A DNA stretch of 60,551 nucleotides, filler included, from Basidioascus undulatus (lineage: Eukaryota): NCBI GenBank assembly GCA_000826855.1. It is 8 parts of 8 records of this genome, joined end to end, with 100 filler letters (N's around TTAATTAATTAA, not from the genome) between each part and the next. Parts side by side here need not be neighbours in the genome. Positions count along the whole stretch, not along the records: positions 1 to 7,498 come from JTLS01001541.1; positions 7,599 to 15,085 come from JTLS01001542.1; 6 more parts are not named here. One strand, 5' to 3'. Position 1 is the stretch's first letter; the number at the start of each line of letters is the position of its first letter. A program made the translations under genes and the position numbers. The notes under the pieces are model-generated. The model was not told the DNA's origin. It was given only the letters and a program-made list of their open reading frames with translations, and made no database searches. Of this stretch, positions 1-11,959 are shown piece after piece.

Positions 1-732
1 ATCGAGCGCCCCGACTCGCCCACCATCTCCGACGACCTGAGCGACATCTCCGACTCATCCCTCTTCACCGACATCCGCAGCATCTCCACCGCCCCGAGCT
101 CATCGTACCACGGCCCGGGCGCGGCGTTCAGCCCGTCCCGCAGGCGGTTCGAGGCGGTCGAGGAGGAGCAGGAGGTCGAGGAGGAGAAGCGGCAGCCTTC
201 CCCGCCCCCTGTTCCAAGGGCGACGCGACCGAGTCTGCTCGGCAGTCCATTTCAGCCCCAGCAGCACGACCCGGCGCCTTACCCAATCTGCGCGCCCTCG
301 CCCGCCTCCACCTCTCCGCCCTACCCTTCCGCGCCCCTCACTCCCTCTGACCCCTACGCCTACCCCTCGCCCCACCACCCGCACCCCACTGGGCGTCCGA
401 TGACCTTCTACGACCGCTACGGGAACGCCATCGATCCGTACGCCGCATATCTCTACGCGTACCCCCAGCCTCCGCCTCCACCTCCTCACAACCCCCAGCC
501 CTACCCATCTCCGACCCACCACCTCTACCCAGCGCCCCCGTCCTTGACCAAGACGCCTTCCCGCTCATCGGGGAAGAGCAAGACGTCAGGCGAGACGAGC
601 CGCGCGGTGGCCGTGCGCATCGAGGAGCCGCCCGAGATGGACGAGAAGGAGCGGAAGAAGCGGGCGAAGGAGAAGAAGAAGGAGAAGGTCAAGGTCTATG
701 GGCGCGGAGGGAGCGGGAGGGTGAAGGTCTGA
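1..732 (+). CDS. 3' portion of a Pro/Ser-rich low-complexity hypothetical protein (5'-truncated)
   Basis: Frame 1 is open from base 1 (IERPDSPTISDDLSDIS...) to TGA at 730-732 with strong GC3 bias. It ends in a basic tail (EKERKKRAKEKKKEK). Confidence 0.65.
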   Translation: MERPDSPTISDDLSDISDSSLFTDIRSISTAPSSSYHGPGAAFSPSRRRFEAVEEEQEVEEEKRQPSPPPVPRATRPSLLGSPFQPQQHDPAPYPICAPSPASTSPPYPSAPLTPSDPYAYPSPHHPHPTGRPMTFYDRYGNAIDPYAAYLYAYPQPPPPPPHNPQPYPSPTHHLYPAPPSLTKTPSRSSGKSKTSGETSRAVAVRIEEPPEMDEKERKKRAKEKKKEKVKVYGRGGSGRVKV

Positions 733-2365
733 TCTCCGTCTCTTTCTTTTCGCTCGTTGGTCTCGTAGGACTTCTTGGATATCGCTGCTATCCCGGCGTT
801 TGTACTTGGTTCCTTTCGCTGCTTGCTTGCTTGTTCGTTCGTCGCGCTTGTACTTTGGCCTATCACTGCACTATTCCAGTCTTCTCCATTCACACACTCC
901 TTCACAAATTCTGCTGTACACAAAGTGTATTAGTTTGCACGCAGTCGCTCGTTTCTTCGCACTCACATTCACCCATTGCCTGCTTTGCGCTCGAATTGTG
1001 CCCGGTGTGTCTGTATTCCCGAACAAGATTTGCTGCAATCGGATATTCGGGCATCGGTTAACATGTGCAATATCAACCGCGTTCATTGTGCTGCCCACGC
1101 GCATCAGCCGTCAGCTTGTTGCACAGTACTCTGAATCGTTACAGCACGCTTTCAGGGAAACTCAAGACATATTGACCTTCATTACTCTTTTTCCACTCAA
1201 ATATTAACAGTTCCATCACTGCCCACCCACTTGACATTACACAACCCTGCAAGTTTTCCTTCTGTCGGTGTCCATGGGCCACTGCTTCCGAGCCGCTTTG
1301 GTAGTCTGTAAGTGAATTACCTCCAGGGGTTTGTGGGACCCAATTTATAAAGACGATTTGAACGGGTTGTAATTTTGGGGCAGATAGAGCATGTACCGGA
1401 GTACGCGCTCATGGGAGCCGTCTCCCGTTCCCTTCATAGGGTGTTTCGATATGCTCTTGTCACACGTGGCGTAACAGTGCAAAAGGGTTCATTTCTGATA
1501 GGAAAGTTCGATATGGAGTCGCGTTTCAGGATCTAGATGAACACGCGAAGAAGTGAGCAAGCGAAAGCATCCCGTGCAGTCCCAGCGTCGAAAATCATTT
1601 GAGATCGATCGCCCAGTCTACCAACGATCCGGGATACTTCGCACGTTCCCTTTCGAGGTCAATGCCCTTATCAAGAGATCTAACCATGCATAACGGACAA
1701 GGCGACACGAGCCTTTCTTCGACCAAGTCGCTCCTCAACCATCTTGGCGCGGGCTTTCGAAGCTTGGATCTGTCGCAAGGTGACGCCGCGCCGACTTACT
1801 CATCGGACCTGTCGCGTCTATGCCGAAAGGTCCAGAAACCTTTCCTACCTGGTTCCTGGTTTGTATCTCGCAGCACGGCACCTCTCAGCCATCCTTCCCT
1901 CCGAGAAATCCAAATCCAACTCCTCGACAACGCTCTCCACCTCTGTGCTGTTCATTATCTAGCAGTTTGCATTGGTCGACTTGATCTTTGCTGCATTTTC
2001 GGCGATTCCTGAAGAACTGGCAAGCTGGATCACGGGTATTTATTGCAGACGCTTTGGCGGAAGGGGATCGTGCTGGGTGATGGGCAGGGGAGTTCTTTGA
2101 GGTTCGGATATGCTTGAACATTTAGTTACAGAGAGTCTTCTTTACCTTTCAATAGTTTCGTGATGCCAAGTTGGCACCCCATTGCTCTTCAATTAATGAG
2201 AGTTGTTTATTTGCGACCAAAAGGGCTGTTATCTATCTAATCTTGCTCGAGTGAGGTTTACATAAGCTGACGTCAGGCGCTCCCCTTCGCCAGCCCTTTC
2301 GCCAGCCCGTCTTCGCTGCTCTTTCGCCTTGACCATCAACCGCTACGCTTGCAACACCCAAAGCC

Positions 2366-2911
2366 ATGACAGACGCTGCAGCTCCCCCTGCATCCGCCCC
2401 ATCTGCACCGGCCGACCCGTCCTCGCTGCCTCCCGAGGCGATTGCCTTTGCGCAGCGCCTCTTTACCGCGGCTCGCACAGGCACCGACGACGAGACCCTC
2501 ACAGTCGCGCTCTCCGCAGGTGTGCCCCCCAACCTCCGCAACGAGGCGGGAGACACCATGACCATGCTGGCGGCGTACCACGGACATGTCCGTCTCGCCC
2601 TCATCGTCTCTCTGACCGTCTCGCTCGTGCTGACTCGCGGGAGCCAGGCCTCTACGGTCCGCATCCTCGTCTCCAAGGGGGGCGACCCAAACATCCTGAA
2701 TGACCGCGGGCAATCCCCGCTATCCGGAGCGGTGTACAAGAACGAGCGTGAGGTGGTCGAGGCGCTCCTGGACGGCGGGGCGGATCCCAACTTGGGTACG
2801 CCGACGGCGCTGGATGCTGCCAGGATGTTCGGCAATACGGAGCTGGGAGAACTGTTGGAGAGGAGGGCGATGCAGGGCGGGCCGGCTGGCCAGACGGAGA
2901 AGTCAGTTTGA
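2366..2911 (+). CDS. Small ankyrin-repeat protein; one in-frame 60-nt intron (2588-2647)
   Basis: Ankyrin motifs GDTMTMLAAYHGH|ASTVRILVSKGGDPN and GQSPLSGAVYKNEREVVEALLDGGADPN. The intron GTCCGT...GCTGAC...CAG is read through by the ORF track. Confidence 0.9.
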   Translation: MTDAAAPPASAPSAPADPSSLPPEAIAFAQRLFTAARTGTDDETLTVALSAGVPPNLRNEAGDTMTMLAAYHGHVRLALIVSLTVSLVLTRGSQASTVRILVSKGGDPNILNDRGQSPLSGAVYKNEREVVEALLDGGADPNLGTPTALDAARMFGNTELGELLERRAMQGGPAGQTEKSV

Positions 2912-3578
2912 TGTGAGGATCGAGATTGGTGCACTGTCAAACTGAATGGGCTGTGTGCGTGGATGGAGATGATGGCTCGCAGGTGTCGCTGATCGCATCT
3001 TGAAAGTCGGCAATCTCGGTCATTGTTATCCCTTGCTGTAGATTCATCTGGATCGACCGCTTTCCCTTGACCCACATTCACTTCTGGATGGGGCGCTCGC
3101 CAGTCTCACCGCACTGCTGGCTCCTGCGTTGAACCTACTCACTCCCCTTTTCAACAAGCGGACTGTATGTCTTTCTCTCTGGAAAGGCTGAGCCAGGTCT
3201 AATTCTGTCTCCATGACACTTACGCATGACCTGCGTTGTTGAAGTCGCGCATGCACGGTCACGTCTGAGGGACAGGCCAGGAACCTGCTGGGAGGCCGTT
3301 ACCGTTGTATAAACTGGTGTGGCCCTGTCATTATGGTCTCTACTTAAACCAAGATATCACCATATCTAGAGCATCAGTTGTGCGTAAAGCTGGCGTGGCC
3401 TCGCGTTCGAACTTCGAAGTCTGAAGGGTACGACGGAAGACGCTATCAGTGACATCATTTCGCGTCGAAGTCCCACTACTGTCCCTCTGCTTTCACTTCT
3501 CCGCATCCTCGTGCCTCCCATCACACACCTCTTCAAGTTACCGGTACCGCTGTTCCATCACCGACCGAGCCCGAGAGC

Positions 3579-5150
3579 ATGCCACCCCGTCGCTCGACCC
3601 GCACAGCGACCGCCCAAGCGACGGCGTCTTCCGAGGAGGCCGCCGCGCACGCAGGGGAAAAGCGCCGTGCGAGCCGCGCAAAGGGCGCGCCTGCTAAGAA
3701 GGCCAAGAAGGAGGAGGGGGAGGCCGAGAAGAAAGTCGAGGAAGGAAAAGGGAAGGCTGAGGATGCCAAGCAGGATGAGGTCCGCGCGGAAGAGAAGGAG
3801 GGGGAGGACGGGGGAAAGGCAGAAGCGAAGGTGAAGGAGAAGGACGCGGCGGGAGAGGAGGAGGAAAAGAAAGAGGGGGGGCCCAAGGGAGAGGAATTGG
3901 AAGAGGGGAAGGCTGAGGGTGCGGGCGAGCCGCAGGCGAAGGAGGAGGACGAGCAGACAGCCGAACCGAAGAACGGTGCGTCCATTGCATTTGATCTTCC
4001 ATCGAACAATTTGGACTTCCTCCTCACTCAAAACCAACAGGTACTCTCGAGCACGGACACATCTACTTCTTCTATCGCCCCAAAGTCGAGCATGACGAAG
4101 CGCACTCGCTCGATGATATCCAGCGGTTCGTCTTTCACCTTCTTCTCAGGAGCCCCTCGCCTTTTTCCTCTTTCATGCGTCTCACATCCTATCTTCAGGT
4201 TCCACATCCTTTTCATCCCCAACGCGCACGACTACACCGACCCCTCCACCCCCGAGAAGTTCCACCGCCTACTCGAAGTCGGGAAGAAGCGTCTGCCCGA
4301 GACGGACGGGCGGCACGAAGTGCTGTGGGGGTTGGTTGAGGCTGTTAAGCGTGATCTGAGGGAGTCGAAGGAGGGACTTGGAGAGAAGGAGTATGAGACG
4401 AAGACGCGAGGTACCTTCCGGTCGTTTCCTTTTCATCTCCCGAGAGGGAGTGACCATCTTGAGGGGAAAATAGGAAAACGCCACGTTCCCGCGGCTCGTC
4501 CCGCAGGCCGAGGGCACTACATCATCTACTCTCCGCCGCAGGACGAAAAGGCACAGCAGAGCGTGAACATGTCTGAGAAGTACAAGACGTACCTCGCGTA
4601 TGCACTCAGTATGCCGAAGGAGGTCGGCGAGGTGCAGGAGGAGCTCAACATTAAGGATGAAGGCGCGTTTATAATCCAGGTGCGCTGCGATTGCTTTGAG
4701 GTGCTCATAGGAAAGACGGGATGATTGAGACGGAATGCGATGGGACGAAGGTCAAGGATCCCGATCAGCCCCGCACGAACCCACGCGCTGCGTCGATTCC
4801 TCCCGAGAGGCAGGCGCATGTTTGTCTTCGACATCAACCCGTGCTGTTCTTTCTTCGGCTCTTGACACCATGATCCTCCCCCGCAGTATCCCCCCGGTCT
4901 CAAAAAACTCTTCCACACCAAATTCATTCCAGCCAATCCACCTGCGCTTCTCGACTACTCCGGCGCAGAGCTGCTCTTCATTTCAGCCAAGCACGACATC
5001 AAGCAGTCGCTCGGAGACGAGGAGGCGGAGCGGGAGGTCGAGCGCCCAGCAGAGCAGGAGCGTGACGAGGGGATGGATGAGGCGTTGAAGGAATTGGGGC
5101 TGAGTAAAGGAGAGGTTGAGGTTGGGGCACTGGAGGGACATTGGGCGTAA
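3579..5150 (+). CDS. Conserved fungal hypothetical protein, multi-exon, with acidic/charged N-terminus
   Basis: Spliced reading gives LEHGHIYFFYRPKVEHDEAHSLDDIQR|FHILFIP, ARPAGRGHYIIY, YLAYALSMPKEVGEVQEELNI and LDYSGAELLFI, ending LEGHWA* (TAA 5148-5150). Several GT-AG introns are present. Confidence 0.75.
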
Positions 5151-5392
5151 GGATAGGGAAAGAGCGGTTACTGCGTGAAAAGCAAATGTATGAAAGTTGT
5201 GAAGCTGAAGCTGGCGTGTTTGTTCTCAAAGGCAGCCCTAGAAACAGGGAACATCAACTTGAAGCCCACCTACCAGCTGCCGTTGAAAACGGAAGCACAA
5301 GCAGGAAGCAATGGCAGGAAGCTGGAGCGCGAGCAGACGGTCCTGTGTTCAACAACTGCGCTTGGTTACCACCGACCACCACCACCTGGATT

Positions 5393-5935
5393 ATGCCCAC
5401 TTATCGCGACAACATCGAGGAGCCCCTATGCGAAGTTAATCTCCTCCCACCGGAGGACCGCCCACCGCCCGAAGCGTCGTCTGCGCCGACCAAACCTGTT
5501 ATACTGACGCCCACGTCTCTTAACAGGGAGTTTCTTTGCGGCTTGCTTGCACGTCCTGCGCTGAAGCATCTCTTCACGCCGGTGCTCGGTGCAGTCGACC
5601 TCTGCGAGATTTGGGATGCAAACGGTTGCCTGACGGAGCCCTGGTGGTCGAAGCTGAAGAGTCTCACTATTAAGCTTGTTAAGACCGAGGTGCACTACCT
5701 GCCCATGGGTGGACTGAACGTAATGAATTGTAACTCCATACTTTCTGGTGGTAATCTGTGGACCAAATTATCTCTGATTGCGCTTGACCAGAACATCATT
5801 ACTCGCGACGAGGCAGACCTCCTGAGTTCGCCAGATGAGATCACGTACGAGAACAACGATGAAGGAGCGCCCTCTTTCCTTTCAGGATACGTACGTCTCA
5901 TGGAACATTTTCTCATATACGTCGGGCGCTGTTGA
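5393..5935 (+). CDS. Intronless ORF of unknown function (about 180 aa from ATG 5393)
   Basis: Long open frame with globular-looking composition and weaker GC3 bias than neighbouring genes. No motif recognised. Confidence 0.3.
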   Translation: MPTYRDNIEEPLCEVNLLPPEDRPPPEASSAPTKPVILTPTSLNREFLCGLLARPALKHLFTPVLGAVDLCEIWDANGCLTEPWWSKLKSLTIKLVKTEVHYLPMGGLNVMNCNSILSGGNLWTKLSLIALDQNIITRDEADLLSSPDEITYENNDEGAPSFLSGYVRLMEHFLIYVGRC

Positions 5936-7498
5936 GCCATTCCGCCGCAGAGTTGCGGAAGTGGTTGAGCATCTCAGAGACGCGCTGCTTTGACATAACC
6001 AACCGCAATGTTCTATAGTAGCACTGTGACAGTATTCAGAAGGTGAAACAAACGGTCTCATGACTTAACAACAACTCACAAAGTGGGGTGTTCCCTTCTG
6101 TAAGTCAGGCACGTGCGCAAAGCACAATGGATTCTGCGAACTCATCTGTCCACTTGTGGCCGCAAGTAAGCACCGCATTCTTGGCTAAAGGGTGCAGCAG
6201 CTCGTAGGGAAGCCAAAACCGAGACGGAAAACGTTTCAGACTTGAAAGCAAGGGGGGTCAAGAGGGTTGGGAGAGCATGAAATACGTCGTTGCCGGACTG
6301 CGCACCGTTCTCTGAACAAAACCTTCCGGGATACCCAGCAACAATGGTGTTTGTCTCAATTTCTGAAACCTACTGTTCCAAAAATTTCCCTCATGATCTT
6401 CGGAGTATTCAGCAAAGGAGGATGGGCGGAGTTCAACAGGAGCAGTGGCCAAGGTGAAGAAAGTTGGTCAGTGGAATTGTGCGAGCAACTCAATGCAGAC
6501 CGGAGCGCCTGACGTTAAAGGCGTCCGTGTTTGTCGGTGTTGATTTCGAGTGGGAATCCGTGACACTGGTGGAGGATCCAGCTATTCCATGACGATGCAC
6601 AGAACCATTTGCGGATTGTGAATTGATATCCAGCACCCTGCCCATCCTCTCTGAACAGCGTCCCAGTACGCCCATTCACCAGAGTGCCTGGAAACACCAT
6701 GTATTTTTGTATTCATCATGAATTCATAATGCTTTCTATGACAATGGTAGTTGAGTGCTTGGCGTTTTGGGGCGCTCCGCCAATGCTGCGGTGATAGTGT
6801 GGGAACTCACATCGTCCCTCCAAGCGTTCCACAAGGGCCTAGGCACAGTCATTTGACAGGACTTCTTCTGCAGGCGGTTTCGACATCCCGAGTCCATCTG
6901 GAAACAAAGCATCGATGATATGAGAGATGGTATGCTTCGTGACAGCCTCAACACAACCTGTGCCTGCCGTGTTGGGACAGTCCATAAATGTCGCCTGTCC
7001 AACAGACAGCCCTCAATAGTTGGCAGACACACGGTGTTTCGCGGTCATTTGCACCATCTTTATTGAAGAATAACGAAAACCTGCGGTTTTGGTCTATCGT
7101 CCCGCTATTCCAGTCCTTGTGCTTCAAAATGGCAGTTTTAGATGCCTGGGATCCCAAGAATACATCCTAGGCAGTGTTGAGAAGGCGCGAGACATGTGTG
7201 CTTGATCCAGCAGGCCAGGAGTCTTTCCACAAGCACTGAGACTAAGACACAGATCCCAGTACTCATGTTGAGAAACATCCATACGGCTCCTGGGATGCAC
7301 GCTAACGCAGCGCTACTAGTCAGATGTCTTGTGCGCTCGCTTGTAGCTGGTCTGGTGGGCCACTGTTGCCACGGCAGACAATGCAGATTGTGCTTCAATA
7401 TTCGGCCTACCGTATGCTAGAACATCAGAATTATTCTTGTTCAATACAGACACATGCAAAGTGTCTTGGTAAAACAGGTTTATGCACATAAACCGCCC

Positions 7499-7598
7499 NN
7501 NNNNNNNNNNNNNNNNNNNNNNNNNNNNNNNNNNNNNNNNNNTTAATTAATTAANNNNNNNNNNNNNNNNNNNNNNNNNNNNNNNNNNNNNNNNNNNN
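7499..7598. other. Artificial contig spacer (N44-TTAATTAATTAA-N44)
   Basis: 100-nt N-run with a central six-frame stop linker. The same spacer occurs seven times. Confidence 0.99.
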
Positions 7599-7659
7599 CT
7601 CCTCCTCCGCCTGCTTGCGCTCCTCCTCCTCCTCCGCCTGCTTGCGCTCCTCCTCCTCC
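7599..7659. repeat. Coding tandem repeat (EEEERKQA units, about 27 nt) at the contig break
   Basis: CTCCTCCTCCGCCTGCTTGCGCTC occurs twice next to the spacer. Confidence 0.8.
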
Positions 7660-8878
7660 CGCTTCCGGTTGCGAATCACGCCGTACGCGCGCCCCTGCTC
7701 CGTGTCCGGCTCGATCGCGACCTCGCTCTTCACCGTGCCCTGGTTCACGCCCTGCTTCTTCTCCGTGGCCGCGCGGCGCTCGGCGAGGCTGTGCGCCGGG
7801 CTGGGGGCCGCAAAGTAGTTTGCCCCGCCCAGGGTCACGAGGATCGACCCGCCCACGATCGTCGTCAGCCAGAAGCGGTAGGTCGACCACCACTTGGGCG
7901 CTATGGGAAGGAGGGGGATGTGAGTAACGTGAGCTCGGGGCAGGAGAATGCATCATGACAAAACGCACCCCAGCCCATTTGAGTGACCTGGAGAAAAGAA
8001 AGGAATCAGTAAACGCAGCTCACAAGATGGACAACGGAGGAAAACAACGAACCTTCAAGTCCGCGCCCCACTGCCCCGCATGCGCGAACCACTGGATGAC
8101 CATCGCGAGCTGCCATCCAGGCAGCGTGCTGGCGGCAGCAGCGATAACAGGCGCGACGCCGAGCGCGTACCGTGCGTTGCCCTTGCGCCCGCCGTACTCG
8201 GCGACCTCGAGCCCCCAGTGAATTGCGCCGAGGAAGGAGAGGATCGCTGCGCCGTAGCCGACCTGCAGGGACTCGACGTGCGCGAGCAGCTGCGCGGCCG
8301 ACTCGGGGTTCACGGACGAGGACGCCCCCGTTGCAGCAGCGGAGATTTGAGAGGAGAGGTAGATGTGCGCGAGGGAGCTCCCGAGGTAGGGAAGGGTGCC
8401 TGGTGCGCATGGGGATGGTCGAGAGGTGAAATTACCGTGCTTGAAGGTGGGAAGAAAGACGCGGAAGACGCACCGGCCAGACCCCAGGCGAGCGCGGGCT
8501 TGGGGACTTCAGCAGCGACTTCCTTGGTGATGGTTTTCTATTACCGATACGGAACCGCCATTAGCTTCATGAAACATTCACTGGTGATGAGAAAGATTAA
8601 CTCACAAAGTCGCCCGATGCCCCCCGCCGCGCGTGCGATTTCTCGCCTGCGAGCTGGTTACCCTTCCCGCCCGCGACCATGTCCGCGAGATCGCCGCCGA
8701 TGTTCTTTGCCTCCAGCTTGGCGTTATGTGCTGCATCAGGGAGGTCCTTAGAGGGCGGGTCGCGGGAGACGCTGGACGTGACGGAGCGGGAGAGGACGAT
8801 GGGGGAAGGGCGGACTGTCGCAGGCAGAGCGCGCGCGAGCGGACGGACGACGGGGGCGGCAAGAGCGCAGCGGAACAT
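7599..8878 (-). CDS. DUF3429-family membrane protein with probable mitochondrial presequence (3'-truncated)
   Basis: The N-terminus MFRCALAAPVVRPLARA is Arg-rich and lacks acidic residues. Motifs are WGLAGTLPY, YGAAILSFLGAIHWGLEVAEY and GWAPKWWSTYRFWLT. There is a 19-nt exon at 7969-7987. Confidence 0.85.
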
Positions 8879-9278
8879 GGCTTGGTCGATGGGTATAGAA
8901 TGTGTGAATCTGTGGGTGTGTTTTGATAGGGAAGTTGGTGATGAAGATGGAGAGAAGAGAAAGATGGCGAGCGAGGTTGAAGGGGAGCATCGCAGCTCCT
9001 AGATGACATCACGAAGGCCGCCCAGTCGATGATGTCCATACCGTCGATGGACCTACATTACAGTGCAAAGCTCCACAATTTCTGGCGTACTTGATCACGA
9101 TAGAAAAGGCAGAAAGCCCGCAGCACTAAGTGCACTGGAGCGACTGGACGGCCGAAGGCCGTGGGCATTGGACCTCCAACCACAATCCGCTCGTCCGAGC
9201 GCTGCATGATGATCCGCCCCTCTTGCACCCATGAAATTGAAGGCATAGGTATCATCGTGTAGACAGGACCGGTAGCAC

Positions 9279-9986
9279 CTAGTGCGGGCGCAACTGAGGA
9301 GCCACTCGTCCCAGCTCGCGCCGCAACCTGGCCCTCTGAAGTCCCATCACGTCCTCCTCTAGGCTCCCTCCTGCGTCTAGCCCCAGCAGCCTCACCAACT
9401 CCGCCCGCACCCATCTCAGCACCTCCAGCCCCGCCCCGCTTTCCTACCACCACAGTCATCTCCGTTCAGCAGCGCTCGCGTCCTGGTATGCGTAGGCTCA
9501 CCTGCATCGCCACAATCCGCCTGCCGTCCTCGCAAAGAATGATCAGGCGCGGACGGATCGTCCAACCCTCCAGCGATTCTGTGAGGTGGACAGAGTGGAT
9601 GCTCGAACGCGGAAGGAAGGTGCTTTCCGACGAGGGGTAGATGCCGAGGGTCGGGAAGACGGTCAGGGACAATGTCGGGTTTCGCGAGAGGGTGAAGACA
9701 AGCGAGAAGACGAGCATGATGAGTGGGAGGAGGGTGATCGGTCGGGCCTGTTTTGCTTGAATGAGAGCTCAGATCATTGATTTACGTGTGCGATGAGGGC
9801 GGAGCCACTGACAGAAAGACTCTTGGCTGCTCCGGCGCATATCAAGACCGCGATGAGCACGAGGACCACGCCGAGCCCCTTGCGCCGCTTAGAGGCGGGC
9901 GATGCCGAATGCGTGAACTCGACCACTCCGTTACCCATCTCGGTCACTTTAAGACCGAGAGGGGGCGGCGGACGAGTGGTGGACAT
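9279..9986 (-). CDS. GPI15: GPI-GlcNAc transferase complex subunit PIG-H/Gpi15-like
   Basis: Two N-terminal hydrophobic segments are followed by LSLTVFPTLGI...FLPRSSIHSVHLTESLEGWTIRPRLII. A spliced last exon reads ESGAGLEVLRWVRAELVRLL...PH* (TAG 9279-9281). This matches the PIG-H layout as I recall it. Confidence 0.7.
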
Positions 9987-10260
9987 GGTAACGAGAGGGG
10001 ATGATGGGCAGAGACAAGAGAGGAACGAAGACGCGACGAGGACGTGTAGGGATCCGTGCGTGGGAGTCCGGCCGAGATGGCCTTCGCTTCGCGTCTGGTC
10101 CGCGTTTGTCCCAGAAAAGACATCAGACGATATAATAGCAAGCTGGGAGCGAATCTGTAGGTGTCTACCAAAGACATGTTAAAGCAGGTTCGGCGTTGGG
10201 CTAGAACGTGCACGCCTCAACATCGACCGCCTCGGCCAGAGAAGACAGCATCTCTAGACA

Positions 10261-11959
10261 TCAAATGCCCTCCTCCAACATGTCCTCCAACCGCTGCCGG
10301 TCCTCCTCGTCCTTCAACTCGCGCGCAATGATCTCCAGCCCCTTCCCTCCCAAGAACGCCTGCAAGTCCGGCACAGGCCTGGCAAGACGATGGTCCATGA
10401 CGCGGTCCTGTGCCCACCAAACCACATCAACTTACTTATCCTACACAATACTCAACACGTAGAAGCGAAGGTATAGGGGGACGCACATGAGGATAGTCGT
10501 ACGACCGCACCTTCTCGTGCATGTCCAGCCTCGAGATCTGCTGTCGCCGCCCGCGCTGGCGCTCGGCGGCCTCCGCTTGCAGGCGGCGGTCGAGCAGGCG
10601 CGCGCGCAGGATTTGGAAAGCCTTGGTGCGGTTCTGGGAGGCGAGGAGAGAAATGATGTCAGAAAGCGGGAGGGGAGAGTGCGGTGAAGGGAGGAAGGGC
10701 TTGCTTGGTGTTGGGATCGCGTGTCTTGCATGGAGACGACGATGCCGGTCGGGAGATGGGTCAGGCGCACGGCACTTTCGGTTTTGTTGACATGCTGATG
10801 CGAAAGGAAGGTGACGGGTTATCAGCATCGAATGTGAATCGTGACGCGGAAGAAATTGAGTCCCACTTGACCGCCTGCGCCTCCTGAGCGCATGACGTCC
10901 ACCTTAACGTCCTTCTCGTCCAGGACATCGTCGGATGCCGAACCACCTTCCACAATCGGGAAGACCTGTAACAGAACCTACAGGCGATGAGAAACAGCCT
11001 AGCGAAATCCGCTGCATGGACGGAAAAGAACGTACCATAACGCCGACCGTGCTAGTCTGCATGGTGCTGTTCTTCTGTCTCAAGAACCGGTGGACGCCCC
11101 TCTCCCACCTGAACCCCTCCCACGCGCCCTCGCCCCGCACCTCGACCATCGCCTTCTTGAGCGCGCCGCCCGCGTCGCCGGCCACAAGGCCGAACTCGTC
11201 CGCGCGCCACTTCATCGCGCTCGCGTGCCGCGTGTACATCCGCAACATGTCCGTGAGCAGCATCGTGCTCTCCAGCCCGCCGACGCCAGCTTGCAGCTCG
11301 AGGAGCGCGCCTTGCGCGGGAAGCCCGGACGGGACGAGGGAGAGAACGAGGGAGGGGAGGGTGGAGAGCGTGGTGGAGAGGGAAGCGCGCAGGGAGGGGA
11401 GGTCTTCGGACGCGAGCGCGCGCAGGTCAGGGTCGGGGTCGGACTCGATCAGGGAGAGAGTTGAGCGCAGATCCTGCGGATGTCGATGAGTCGGCCTCAG
11501 CTGCGTGTCCAACGGCAGGACTGATTGTTTCCACCGTAGGGCCTTACCTCTTCTTGGGATCGGAGTTTATCCCAAATGTCAGAGAGATCTTCGAGGTCTT
11601 TCGCTCGTTTCGCCTTGGCGATCACTTCTGGCGAAGAGGCGTCGACAGCGTCTGCCTAGGTCAAATTGGTATCAGATAAACGTCAACTTAGGACTCAAGC
11701 TGCCGTGAACACGCACAGTCTCGGATAGCAGTCGTGTCCGCTCATCCGCCAACCGTTTTACGAGGTCCAGTAATCGCCCATCGACCCCTTCGCCGATCGA
11801 ACGCAGTATGCTAGCACTGGAGGGTTGCGAGCTCGACGACGCCTTGGCGAGCGAAAGAAGGGGACGAGAGACGGATACGATCGAAGCTCTCGAAAGCGGA
11901 ATATGAAGTGATGGCCGAAGCTTCGTTAGTCTACTGCAACATGATCGAAGCGAAAGCAT
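10261..11959 (-). CDS. Mitochondrial class-1 peptide chain release factor (RF1/Mrf1 family) with atypical stop-codon recognition loop
   Basis: Presequence [15 protein letters not shown], then [58 protein letters not shown] and DRVMDHRL. All exons splice in frame and the stop TGA is at 10261-10263. Confidence 0.92.

Noticed and set aside
7543..7554. Recurrent TTAATTAATTAA motif flanked by Ns, superficially like a regularly spaced repeat array
   Set aside because: It is an artificial six-frame stop linker between contigs and is not biological.
9058..9459. 133-aa minus ORF as a separate gene or as the last PIG-H exon
   Set aside because: The spliced PIG-H exon uses a different frame that ends at TAG 9279-9281.
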